Position numbers and translations under genes: made by a program
The notes under the pieces: model-generated
What the model was told of the DNA's origin: nothing
What the model saw: the letters and a program-made list of their open reading frames with translations, nothing else
Database searches by the model: none
Assembly: GCA_963847625.1 (NCBI GenBank)
Contig: CAWKAR010000034.1
Coordinates: 1-64,000, forward strand
Direction: 5' to 3'
DNA length: 64,000 nt
DNA from: a candidate division FCPU426 bacterium
Lineage (GTDB): Bacteria > Oederibacteriota > Muellerivitia > Muellerivitales > Muellerivitaceae
In this document: positions 22,184 through 32,988 of the stretch, piece after piece
How positions within the stretch are numbered: position 1 is the stretch's first letter
Layout: each line of letters opens with the position of its first letter

Positions 22184-22212
22184 AATATAGGATTAAGCTA
22201 AGGTGGTGTCAA
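22184..22212 (-). promoter_or_regulatory. Sigma70-type promoter for the FmdB/bat gene run
   Basis: Minus strand TTGACA-17 bp-TATATT, 35 bp upstream of the FmdB start. Confidence 0.7.
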
Positions 22213-22245
22213 CGCCAACCCGGCAGGCCTTTGACGGTAAAACAC

Positions 22246-22280
22246 AAAAAAAGCTCCCGGAAGTTACCCTCCGGGAGCTT
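22246..22280 (-). terminator. Intrinsic terminator after groEL
   Basis: AAGCTCCCGGA/TCCGGGAGCTT stem followed by a T run on the minus strand. Confidence 0.85.
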
Positions 22281-22326
22281 ATCAGCAACTCCTCACTCTT
22301 AACTACTAACTTCTAACTCGTTTTTA

Positions 22327-24011
<1,685 letters not shown>

Positions 24012-24302
24012 TTATTTCTCGATGACCGCCAACACGTCCTCTTCCTTCATGATGAGTAGTTCCTTGTCGTCCACCTTGATTTCGTTCCCGCCGTATTTCT
24101 CGAACAGGATGAGGTCGCCTTCCTTGACGTCCATCTTGACCCGTTCCCCCTTATCGTTGATTTTCCCGGATCCAACAGCCATCACCTTTCCCTTTTGGGG
24201 CTTTTCCTTGGCCGTATCGGGGATCACGATGCCGCTTTTAGTTTTTTCTTCCTCTTCCAGCCTTTCAACCAGAATCCTGTCATGCAAAGGCCTAATCTTC
24301 AT
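24012..24302 (-). CDS. groES: Co-chaperonin GroES
   Basis: [12 protein letters not shown]...[30 protein letters not shown]. Confidence 0.97.
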   Translation of the reverse strand: MKIRPLHDRILVERLEEEEKTKSGIVIPDTAKEKPQKGKVMAVGSGKINDKGERVKMDVKEGDLILFEKYGGNEIKVDDKELLIMKEEDVLAVIEK

Positions 24303-24549
24303 GGAACATCCTCCTTGAAAAATTTGTGCTCTTGGGGGCACTGGAAATAAAACAATTAAAGGCCCAAGCCTGTAGATAGTATTTCCGGAAAATTCCGGGG
24401 CACCCTATAGCCCGATTCTTTTATGGCTCGCCGGGACATCCCGGCGAATGGGGACACGAAATCGGGCACGGCTTGATCCGTATTCCTACCCAGCCAAGGC
24501 CGGGGTTTCCCGCGAAGCGGGAACTCAAGGGATAAAAAAACCTTGAAAA

Positions 24550-24576
24550 TTAGCACTCACCGGTGGGGAATGCTAA
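24550..24576. promoter_or_regulatory. CIRCE element (HrcA operator)
   Basis: TTAGCACTC-N9-GAATGCTAA, one mismatch to TTAGCACTC-N9-GAGTGCTAA, upstream of groES. Confidence 0.93.
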
Positions 24577-24584
24577 GGTGTGAA

Positions 24585-24613
24585 ATCATAAGAACAACCG
24601 GCTTTCCCGTCAA
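24585..24613 (-). promoter_or_regulatory. Sigma70-type promoter of groESL
   Basis: Minus strand TTGACG-17 bp-TATGAT immediately upstream of CIRCE. Confidence 0.8.
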
Positions 24614-24668
24614 GAGGTTGTTGCGATGGGGGGATTACTGAAAAACATGGATTTACAAAGGAAAAAGC

Positions 24669-25541
24669 TCAGCGATAGATTTCAGGCCTGAAAAAAAAGC
24701 GCCTTTGGATGACCTGCTTGATCTTGGTCATTTGGCGTTTGGCTTCCTTTTCCCCGGCCGTGATGGCGGCTTTCGCGTCCCCGAAGTCAAAAAGGTCGTA
24801 AGACCTGAGGTCCGGCTCGATAAGGACATCCACGTGCTCGCGCCATGCCGTTTCCTCCTGGACGAAGAAGTACCATACCCGCATTAGGATTTGGAAAACG
24901 TTGGAAGCGGGAGGAAAAACCTGGTGGTGGCCGAAAACATTCACCGCGATCACCACGTCGGCCCCCAGGCTCCTCAAGGCGTGAACCGGCACGTTTTCGG
25001 CCATGCCCCCGTCCACGAGCTGCCTCCCTTCCATCTCCACCGGGCTGTAGATTCCGGGAATGGAACAGGAGGCCCTCACGGCCTTGTCCAAGGCCCCCCG
25101 GGTGAAGATCACCTCTTCTCCCGAGCAAATATCGGTCGCCACGACCGCCAGGGGTTTCTTCAGCTCCTCAAAGGTCGCCACCTTGAAATATTTCCGGATG
25201 TACTCCTCAATGGGCCCGGAGGAAACCAGCCCCTGGCGGAACGGGGGGCGGATGGAGAAAAGTTCCTTCCAGGTGGTGTGAGTCGCGATTTCCTCGATGC
25301 GGGATACCGGAAGGCCTGAAGCGTAGGCGGCCGCGATGATGGAGCCTGAGCTGGTGCCCGCCAGGCAATCGATCTGGATCCCGGCTTTTTCAAGGGCCTT
25401 TAACACCCCGATTTGGGAAAGTCCATAGACCACCCCGCCGCAAAGGGCCAAACCGATTTTATAGCGGTTTTCCCGGCTTTTCTTTTTCAGTTCCACAAGG
25501 GTCAGGAATTCAGGCGGAATTTTTTTGGATTTGCGGGGCAT
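24669..25541 (-). CDS. Patatin-like phospholipase
   Basis: GLALCGG...G..QIGVLKALE, GTSSG nucleophile elbow, LVDGG. Confidence 0.92.
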   Translation of the reverse strand: MPRKSKKIPPEFLTLVELKKKSRENRYKIGLALCGGVVYGLSQIGVLKALEKAGIQIDCLAGTSSGSIIAAAYASGLPVSRIEEIATHTTWKELFSIRPPFRQGLVSSGPIEEYIRKYFKVATFEELKKPLAVVATDICSGEEVIFTRGALDKAVRASCSIPGIYSPVEMEGRQLVDGGMAENVPVHALRSLGADVVIAVNVFGHHQVFPPASNVFQILMRVWYFFVQEETAWREHVDVLIEPDLRSYDLFDFGDAKAAITAGEKEAKRQMTKIKQVIQRRFFFRPEIYR

Positions 25542-25643
25542 AGGAAAATACTATTCGCCTTGATGACGGCCGTCAACAGCCGATATGTCCCAGAGGTCCC
25601 AAGCAGGGTAAGCTCGGGAATGGCTTTTTTGATATTAGCTTTA

Positions 25644-26423
25644 TTATTGATCCGTGAACTGGGGCTGGCGTTTTTCCAAAAAAGCCTTGATCCCTTCTTT
25701 CATATCCGCGGATTCGCAGCACTTCGCGAAACAATACAGTTCCACCTTCAGGGCCGAATCCATGGATGCCTGGTCCAAACCCTTGAGAACGACATCCAAT
25801 GCCTGGGCAAGGGCCACGGAAGGCTTTTGGGCGATTTTCTCGGCCAATTCCTGGGCATGGCGTAATAACTCGGATTCAGCCGCCACGAGGTTGACCAATC
25901 CCGCTTCCTTGGCGTCCTGGGGGGGAATATTATCCCCGGTAAGGATCCATTCCAGGGCCTTGGCTCGTCCAACCAGGCGGCTCAACCGCTGGCTTCCGCC
26001 GAATCCGGGAATGATGCCGAGATTGATCTCCGGTTGTCCCAACTTGGCCCGGTCCGAACAAAGCCGGATGTGGCAGGCCATGGCCAATTCCATTCCGCCC
26101 CCCAGGCACACGCCGTTGATGGCGGCGATGACCGGCTTTCCCAACCTCTCAACTTCCTGGAAAAGCTCCTGGCCCCCCCCGGCGGCCTTCCGGCCGTCGT
26201 CCCCCGACCGGATCTGGGCGATTTGCTTGATATCGGCGCCCGCGGCGAAGACCTGCCCCACCCCGGTGAGGACCAGGCATTTCACGTCCCTTCTTTCCCG
26301 GAGTTCCTCCAGGGCGGCCTTGAATTCCTTCATGACCTCGGCTGTAAGGATGTTGAGCGGCGGGTTGTTGATGGTGACCGTCGCGACTTTACTATCCACT
26401 CTTATCTGAATAAATTGTCCCAT
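25644..26423 (-). CDS. Enoyl-CoA hydratase/isomerase
   Basis: FAAGADI, KPVIAAINGVCLGGGMELAMAC, GQPEINLGIIPGFGGSQRL, EGIKAFLEKR. Confidence 0.94.
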   Translation of the reverse strand: MGQFIQIRVDSKVATVTINNPPLNILTAEVMKEFKAALEELRERRDVKCLVLTGVGQVFAAGADIKQIAQIRSGDDGRKAAGGGQELFQEVERLGKPVIAAINGVCLGGGMELAMACHIRLCSDRAKLGQPEINLGIIPGFGGSQRLSRLVGRAKALEWILTGDNIPPQDAKEAGLVNLVAAESELLRHAQELAEKIAQKPSVALAQALDVVLKGLDQASMDSALKVELYCFAKCCESADMKEGIKAFLEKRQPQFTDQ

Positions 26424-26444
26424 AATCTCCCCTCGAAATCTCGT

Positions 26445-28130
26445 TTATCCCCGTTTCGAATCTTGAACTTTCTTTTTTTCCTCATCCACTAATTGCCGCC
26501 GGAGCATCTTGCCCGCCAGGTTCTGGGGAAGTGAATCCCGGAATTCCACTTCCTTGGGCACCTTGTATTTCGCTATCTTTCCCCTGCAATAGTCGATGAT
26601 TTCCTTGGGCTCGGCTTTCAAACCCGGTTTGAGCACCACAAAAGCCTTGAGCTTTTCCACCAGGACCGGGTCCGGCACACCGGCCACGGCGCAATCCCGG
26701 ATTTTCTCGTTTTGGTACAGGATTTCCTCGACCTCCCGGGGATACACATTCTCGCCGCCCATCTTCACCATGTCCTTCTTGCGGTCCACCACCTTGAAAA
26801 AACCCTCCTCATCCATGGAGCCGATATCGCCGGTATAAAGCCAGCCATTCCTCAAGACCAGGGCGGTTTCGCCCGGGTTGTTCCAATAACCCTTCATGAC
26901 TTGGGGGCCCCGCAGGACCAGTTCCCCGATTTCGCCGGGTTTCAAATCCTTGTTCCCAGTCTCCAAATCCACGATCTTGGACTCCGTACCGGGAAGGGGC
27001 ACGCCGATGAATCCAATCTTTCTCCTGCCGAAAAAGGGATTGCAATGGGTCACTGGGGAAGCTTCGGTAAGGCCGTAACCCTCCACCAGCTTGCCTCCCG
27101 TCAACTCCTCGAACTTAGCCTGGACTTCCTGGTGCAGGGGCCCAGCCCCGGAGATGCAGGCCCGGATGCTCTTCAGGTTGAATTTTTTCGCGTGCGGGTG
27201 GTTGTTGACGGCCACGTACATGGCCTGGATGCCGGGGAAAAGGGTCACCTTGTACTTCTGGATTTCCCGGAAAACCCTCTTCACGTCGAACTTGGGTTCC
27301 AGGACCATGGTTCCCCCCATCATGACCGCCCAATTCATTCCCACGGTCATCCCGTAGCAATGGAAAATGGGGATGACCACCATGAAGACTTCCTTCCCCT
27401 CGGCCACACCCGGAAGCCACTGGCGGCATTGGCTCGCATTCACCACCAGGTTCCGGTGGGACAGCATGACCCCCTTGGCGACGCCGGTCGTGCCTCCCGT
27501 GTATTGAAGCAGGGCAATCTTATCCATTCCCAAAGGCATCCAAACGGGCTTTTTGGGAGAACCTTCCAGTTCCCGGACAAAACTACGGAAGAGGGGTTCG
27601 GAAGGCCATTTCACCCAGGTTTTGTTCATCATGGCCTTCAAGGGAAAGAACCACTTCAGGGGGGCCGGGAAGTAATCGCTGATGCGGGTCAGCCAAACTT
27701 TTTTCAGGCCGCACTCACCCGCCACTTGCCCCAGGATCGGTGCGAACCGGTCCAGGGCCACCACGTGCTTGGCCCCGGAATCCTTCAACTGGAAGGCGGT
27801 TTCATGGGAGGAATACATGGGATTGAGCTGGGTGACAATGGCTCCAGCGCGCATAGCGCCAAAGAAGGCGATCACGGCCGGCGGGCAATTCGGGAGGTAA
27901 AGAGCCACCCGGTCCCCCGGTTGTACCCCTTCCCGGATGAGAAGGTTGACGAAGCGGTTGACTTCCTCGTTCAACCGGCGGTAGGACATCCGGAAGCCGA
28001 AATAGTAAAGGGCCGCCACACCGGGAAAGCGGGACGCGGTTTGGTCCAACAGGTCGGGGAGGGCGGTTTCGGGATAATCGAGGGTGGGGGAGACCCCCTG
28101 GTCATAGGATGAGAACCACGGCCAATCCAT
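26445..28130 (-). CDS. fadD: Long-chain fatty acid--CoA ligase
   Basis: LQYTGGTTGVAKG, EGYGLTEASP, GWLYTGDIG.MD..GFF..VDRKKD. Confidence 0.92.
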   Translation of the reverse strand: MDWPWFSSYDQGVSPTLDYPETALPDLLDQTASRFPGVAALYYFGFRMSYRRLNEEVNRFVNLLIREGVQPGDRVALYLPNCPPAVIAFFGAMRAGAIVTQLNPMYSSHETAFQLKDSGAKHVVALDRFAPILGQVAGECGLKKVWLTRISDYFPAPLKWFFPLKAMMNKTWVKWPSEPLFRSFVRELEGSPKKPVWMPLGMDKIALLQYTGGTTGVAKGVMLSHRNLVVNASQCRQWLPGVAEGKEVFMVVIPIFHCYGMTVGMNWAVMMGGTMVLEPKFDVKRVFREIQKYKVTLFPGIQAMYVAVNNHPHAKKFNLKSIRACISGAGPLHQEVQAKFEELTGGKLVEGYGLTEASPVTHCNPFFGRRKIGFIGVPLPGTESKIVDLETGNKDLKPGEIGELVLRGPQVMKGYWNNPGETALVLRNGWLYTGDIGSMDEEGFFKVVDRKKDMVKMGGENVYPREVEEILYQNEKIRDCAVAGVPDPVLVEKLKAFVVLKPGLKAEPKEIIDYCRGKIAKYKVPKEVEFRDSLPQNLAGKMLRRQLVDEEKKKVQDSKRG

Positions 28131-28304
28131 ATTGCATTCCTCCCTGGATCTTTATCCGCACCAGCCTTTCCAGTTTAAGCCCCGCTCCAAAAGCTGTCAA
28201 ACTCTTCGGACCCGGTGTCATCTTCTGCGAGCGGCGCTTTACCGGTATTCCCCCAGGGGGAGGGATGGTAAAATTCTCACCAACTCCCTCAACAGGAAAA
28301 ACAC

Positions 28305-29999
28305 TTGACCCCGCTTTTACTGGCCGTTCTTTGCCGTGAATTGAAAGAAACCCTGCTCTCGTCCCGCTTATCCCATATCGCCCAATCCGCTAACGAAACC
28401 GTGGAACTATCTTTTTACCACCCCGATCGTCCCAACCGCCTCCTGGTGGCATCCATCCTTCCAAAGAATCCTTTTCTTTTCCTGGCTTCGGAAAAACGGC
28501 CCGCCCTTCAAAAGCCTCCCAACTTCTGCCGTTCCCTCCGCAAACACCTTGAATACGCCCAAGTGGAGGATATCCGGTACAAAACCGGCGAAAGGATTCT
28601 CACCTTCCTCCTGAAAACCCACGAGGGGACTTATCCATTGGTTTTCGAGGGGATCCCCAAATATCCAAACCTGATACTGGTTGGGCCCGATGGTCTCATC
28701 ATCAGCGCCCTTCGGTACAAGGAGGAGGTGGAAAGGCCCGTTCTTCCGCAGGTCCCCTACGCTTCCCCCCCGCAACCTTTGGAAAAACCCAACTTCTGGG
28801 GATTAAAACGTTCTGAACTGGAAACCCTTTGGGAAAAAGCGGAAAAGCCCGCACTGGCCGGTTGGATCCGCAATTCTTTCCGGGGCACCGATCCGGAATT
28901 GGCCGCTTTCCTGGATCGTTTCGGCCCCAATGCCTTCGATCAGTGGGAGCACTTGAAGGAAGAAATCCTGGAAAGGGGTTGGGGGCATTTCACGCTTTTC
29001 GCGGGCCCTCCCCCCTCCCTGAAGATTTTTCCCGAAAGCACCCCCTCAAAAATGGAACGCCAATCCTTTCCAACGGCAAGCCAGGCCTTGGAACGCCTGT
29101 TATTCCTGGAATTTCACCTGGGGCAATTGGCCTCCGCGAAAACCAAATTGGAGACGGATATCGCCAAGGCGCTCAAGCACGAAAAACGAATCGTTGAAAA
29201 ATTGAAAAAGGACCGCGCCGAGGCCGAGAAAGCCGACCAGTACCAATGGTGGGGGGAATTGGTCATGTCCCAGCTTCATAAAATCAAGCTCCACTCAAGC
29301 CAGGCCAACCTGGAGGATTTGGTCAGGGGAACCAAGTCGGTTGTCCCGGTGCCCCTGGACCCGGAAATCACCCCCCTCAAAAACGCCCAGAGGTTTTTTA
29401 AAAAAGCCCAGAAGGGGTCCCGGGGGTTGTCCCAGGTTGAAAAACGCGAAAAAGAAATCAAGGACCGGATCGATCTCCTGAAAGCCGCGCAACGAAGCCT
29501 GCCGGCGCTCAAGGATGTGTTGGAAATAAGAAAGGCCCACCGCGACCTGTTTCCGGCAAAAAAGGAAGCACCGGCCAAGCCCAAAAAGGCTGTTGAAGCT
29601 AAAACGCCAACCCCCAACATCCTGCGGGAAAAGATTGGAAAGGAATTTGAGATCTGCGCGGGGGCCTCGGCCGTGGCCAACGAATATGTCACCTTCCAAT
29701 TGGCCCAACCCGAGGATCTTTGGTTCCATGTCCGGGATCTGCCTGGTTCGCACGTGATCCTGCGCCGGCTCCAGCGGAATGCCCAGGCAACGGAAGAGTT
29801 GATCCTGAAGGCCGCCCAGATGGCCGCGTCCCACAGCAAAGCCGCGCCCGGAAGCAAAGTGACTGTGATTTACACCGAGAAAAAAAACGTCAAGCGAATT
29901 CCCGGGGCGCCGATGGGAATGGTAAGCCTTACGAAGGAAAAGAGTCTTTTTATAGATTTAGGAAGATTGGGTGAGGGTGGTTCTGAGGACATCGTATAG
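28305..29999 (+). CDS. rqcH: NFACT/RqcH (FbpA-like) ribosome quality-control factor
   Basis: P.NFC..LRKHL, ERIL, NLILV, coiled coil, LDP...P..NAQRFFKK.QK, WFHVRDLPGSHVIL, VKRIPGAPMG.V. Confidence 0.88.
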   Translation: MTPLLLAVLCRELKETLLSSRLSHIAQSANETVELSFYHPDRPNRLLVASILPKNPFLFLASEKRPALQKPPNFCRSLRKHLEYAQVEDIRYKTGERILTFLLKTHEGTYPLVFEGIPKYPNLILVGPDGLIISALRYKEEVERPVLPQVPYASPPQPLEKPNFWGLKRSELETLWEKAEKPALAGWIRNSFRGTDPELAAFLDRFGPNAFDQWEHLKEEILERGWGHFTLFAGPPPSLKIFPESTPSKMERQSFPTASQALERLLFLEFHLGQLASAKTKLETDIAKALKHEKRIVEKLKKDRAEAEKADQYQWWGELVMSQLHKIKLHSSQANLEDLVRGTKSVVPVPLDPEITPLKNAQRFFKKAQKGSRGLSQVEKREKEIKDRIDLLKAAQRSLPALKDVLEIRKAHRDLFPAKKEAPAKPKKAVEAKTPTPNILREKIGKEFEICAGASAVANEYVTFQLAQPEDLWFHVRDLPGSHVILRRLQRNAQATEELILKAAQMAASHSKAAPGSKVTVIYTEKKNVKRIPGAPMGMVSLTKEKSLFIDLGRLGEGGSEDIV

Positions 30000-30015
30000 T
30001 CTTTGAGTGAAACCT

Positions 30016-30384
30016 TCAGGGAACGGTTTCGTATTTGCGGCGTCCCGCCGAATAGGTCAGGAACATCCGGGCCTCCCCCTCCCCGACGTTCCGGATTCCG
30101 TGGGGGTTTCCCGCGGGATTCAGTGTCGAATCCCCCGGGTTGAGGATGACTTTTTCGTTGTTCCCGAAGTTTACTTCGATGGACCCCTCTATGACATGGA
30201 TGAACTCATTGCAATTGGAATGCGCGTGGGCAGGGGATGTCTTACCGGCATGAACGATCATGATCGCGGCGCTCATCCCCACGTCGGGTATGAGGGTGTC
30301 GTCCATCAGCCATTCCATGCTTCCCCATTCTTCCTGGTTGATTTTTGTTCGAATAGGCCTTGTCTTGTTGAAATTCAATCGCAT
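30016..30384 (-). CDS. Cupin domain protein
   Basis: PAHAHSNCNEFIHVIEG...LNPGDS..NPAG.PHGIRN. Confidence 0.88.
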   Translation of the reverse strand: MRLNFNKTRPIRTKINQEEWGSMEWLMDDTLIPDVGMSAAIMIVHAGKTSPAHAHSNCNEFIHVIEGSIEVNFGNNEKVILNPGDSTLNPAGNPHGIRNVGEGEARMFLTYSAGRRKYETVP

Positions 30385-30494
30385 GGCTTGTTATGTCCTT
30401 TAATTTTTACCGGCACTATTATTAGCTTTTAAAGCCGTTTTGGGGGGTTAAATTTTGTTAAAATCCACGAAAAATATTCACTTTCGAGGCCGCC

Positions 30495-31337
30495 ATGAGG
30501 CTGATCAAGATAATCCTGGTTCCGATTCTACTGGCTTACCTATCCGTTGCGGCGGCCTATGTGGCCTTCCAAAGGCAATTAATTTACCACCCCAAGGGCC
30601 TAAAAAACACTACTCCTAGCAACTATTCGGTTCCCTATCAGTCTGTAAGTATTACTACTCCTGACGGGATCGTCCTTTCCGGCTGGTGGGTCTCCCATCC
30701 CAAAACAACCGGTCTAAAACCCGTCCTTCTATATTGCCACGGTAACGCGGCTTGCCTATCGGACCTGGCTGAAGTCTCCAAAATATTCTATGACTTCGGT
30801 TTTGACGCTCTTCTCTTCGATTACAGGTGTTATGGTTCCAGTGGCAAGGGGGAATTAACTGAGCAGGCCCTGGATGCCGATGCCCAGGCAGCATACCAAT
30901 GGTTGAAGGCCAGGGGCATACCGGAAAATCGGATCCTGATTTGGGGCCATTCGCTGGGCTCCTCCGTGGCCGCCCGCCTGGCTTCTCAAAACCATCCCGC
31001 GGGGCTTATTCTTGAAGGAGCTTTCCCCTCCATGCAATCCATCAGCCGGCAAAGGAATCCATGGCTCATTTTGCCGTCATTCCTGGTTTGGGACAAATTC
31101 GATACCGGTAACTATGTCCAAAACCGTTCTTGTCCCCTTCTGGAGCTCCATGCCGAAAAGGATACGGTTATCCCTATTGTATTGGGGCGGGAGGTTTTCA
31201 AGTTGGCCGTAGAACCGAAACAATGGCTGGAGATCAAGGGGATAAACCATAATGATTTTCCTAGCGTGGCCTACCAATACCGGGAAGCCATCCAAGCCTT
31301 CGTTAGAGGTTGTTTGAGTCCCCGGGGAACCCCGTAA
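30495..31337 (+). CDS. Alpha/beta hydrolase with N-terminal membrane anchor
   Basis: QRQLIYHP, LYCHGNA, FDYRCYG.S.G, WGHSLG nucleophile, H.EKD.VIP, HND. Confidence 0.92.
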   Translation: MRLIKIILVPILLAYLSVAAAYVAFQRQLIYHPKGLKNTTPSNYSVPYQSVSITTPDGIVLSGWWVSHPKTTGLKPVLLYCHGNAACLSDLAEVSKIFYDFGFDALLFDYRCYGSSGKGELTEQALDADAQAAYQWLKARGIPENRILIWGHSLGSSVAARLASQNHPAGLILEGAFPSMQSISRQRNPWLILPSFLVWDKFDTGNYVQNRSCPLLELHAEKDTVIPIVLGREVFKLAVEPKQWLEIKGINHNDFPSVAYQYREAIQAFVRGCLSPRGTP

Positions 31338-31495
31338 CCCGGTAAAGCCGGTAAGCTAGTATGCCGGTAAAAAGCCAATTTTGAATTTTAAGTTTTAAAT
31401 TCTAAATTGTGGTTAGATTTCCGTTTTTCGGAAATCCTCAATAATTCAACATTTAACATTGAGAATTTAGAATTGCAGTTCCAAACCATGCCTAC

Positions 31496-31690
31496 AGGAC
31501 CTCCGGCCCGTGCCCACAGGACCCCCGGAACCCAGGAACTCCGGAACTGGCCACCCGAGGCCACAAGCCGAGGGTGATGCTTGCCAGTGCAGATTTAAAT
31601 GAAATCTGTTCCCAGGAACTCGAGAACCCAGGAACTCCGGAACCCGGGAACCCGAGAACTAGCCGGGAACCATGGGAACTCGTGAAGCCG
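31496..31690. repeat. Degenerate 8-9 bp tandem repeats (GGAACYC-like)
   Basis: For example CCCAGGAACTCGAGAACCCAGGAACTCCGGAACCCGGGAACCCGAGAACT at about 31611-31660. Confidence 0.7.
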
Positions 31691-31728
31691 AAAACTCAGG
31701 TGCCGAAAAACAGGAGCAGGTACCGAAG

Positions 31729-32134
31729 GTCCTAGGAGCAGATGCTGGGAGTCCTAGGAGCAGGTTCTGCGGGTCCTAGGAGCAGAATCTGGGAGTCCTA
31801 GGAGCAGGTTTCGAGAGTCCTAGGAGCAGATCCGGGGGTCCTAGTAGCAGGTTCCAAGAGTCCTAGGAGCAGGTGCCGGGAGTCCTAGGAGCAGGTTTCG
31901 AGAGTCCTAGGAGCAGATCCGGGGGTCCTAGTAGCAGGTTCCAAGAGTCCTAGGAGCAGGTGCCGGGAGTCCTAGGAGCAGGTTCCGCGGGTCCTAGGAG
32001 CAGGTGCCGGGAGTCCTAGGAGCAGGTGCCGGGAGTCCTAGGAGCAGGTGCCGGGAGTCCTAGGAGCAGGTTCCGCGGGTCCTAGGAGCAGATCCGGGGG
32101 TCCTAGGAGCAGGTGCCGGGGGTCCTAGGGGCCG
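31729..32134. repeat. Non-coding tandem array, 19 x 21-22 bp: GTCCTAGGAGCAG plus 8-9 variable bases
   Basis: Units start at 31729, 31751, 31773, 31795, 31817, 31838, 31860, 31882, 31904, 31925, 31947, 31969, 31991, 32013, 32035, 32057, 32079, 32100 and 32122. Confidence 0.97.
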
Positions 32135-32418
32135 GATTTTACCCCTTCGTCCTTTTGGGTGCCGGCATCGCGATGGATTCATTAAATATGACCCCCGCCC
32201 CCCCGGCAAGCGCGGTCACGAACTGGACCAATCCCGAGTTGGACCCCGGCGTCGGGCTGGGATTTAATTTGGCGGGGGGCTTGGATTTATTCCTACAAAT
32301 GAAAATGGCGATGGATTTCGCGACGACGACTGAAAGCAATGTGTCAAAAGGGGAGTTTTATTCCGACAACCCCATCATTTTGTTCCCAGTCCAGATCGGG
32401 GCGAATTACCGTTTCTAG
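32122..32418 (+). pseudogene. 3' half of an outer-membrane beta-barrel protein gene, with no signal peptide or N-terminus
   Basis: FYPFVLLGAGIA, PELDPGVGLGFNL, LDLFLQMK and PVQIGANYRF*: amphipathic strands and a terminal-Phe beta-signal. Upstream there is only the stop-rich array. Confidence 0.6.
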
Positions 32419-32778
32419 GCTTTTTTATTAAATAGGGCTGGAATTTTCCCATCGCCGCTTCCGCAATATGCAAAAAGAAGCCCGGTTCCATGGGTCCTAT
32501 CACGCGGACCTTTTGGACAAACAATGAATAATGGACAATGAACGGATTCGACAGGCTCACCGCAGGCTTGGGTAACTTGTAAAACATTTTTTACCCCGTG
32601 ATTAAACTTTCCCGCGTCACCCTGCCCCGGCAACCGGTATATCCAGCCGACAAATAGTAAAAAAGGGTGTTTAACGGCTGGTTAAAGGTCCCTTGGATGT
32701 CGCCAAACGTCTAATACATTGTAAAAAGACTTTCTTTTTAGCGATTATCCCCTTTAGATAAGTAATTAAATAAGGTTA

Positions 32779-32870
32779 AACCGCCGATCAAATCCGATGG
32801 ACGCCGATAAGTTTGAAAACGCTTTGAACTATAAGCCGATATCGGCGTCAATCGGCCGTTATCGGCGGTT
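32779..32870. repeat. Imperfect inverted repeat built of CCGAT/ATCGG units
   Basis: AACCGCCGAT-CAAAT-CCGAT-GGACGCCGATA ... TATCGGCGTC-AATCGG-CCGTT-ATCGGCGGTT. Confidence 0.7.
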
Positions 32871-32988
32871 AAATGGTTTGACTATCGAATCTAATTTTCT
32901 TGTTTACTTATTTCAAAGGGATATTCGCCTTCTTTTTTTATAATTAACCCCAATTTTCCAAACAAAACAGGAACGGAAAAAGGCATTC

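Noticed and set aside
31729..32134. CRISPR or TIGR-type guide array
   Set aside because: The conserved part is only 13 bp. The 8-9 bp variable parts are related to each other and repeated rather than unique spacers. There are no alternating dual repeats, and no cas or Nop-domain gene in the window.
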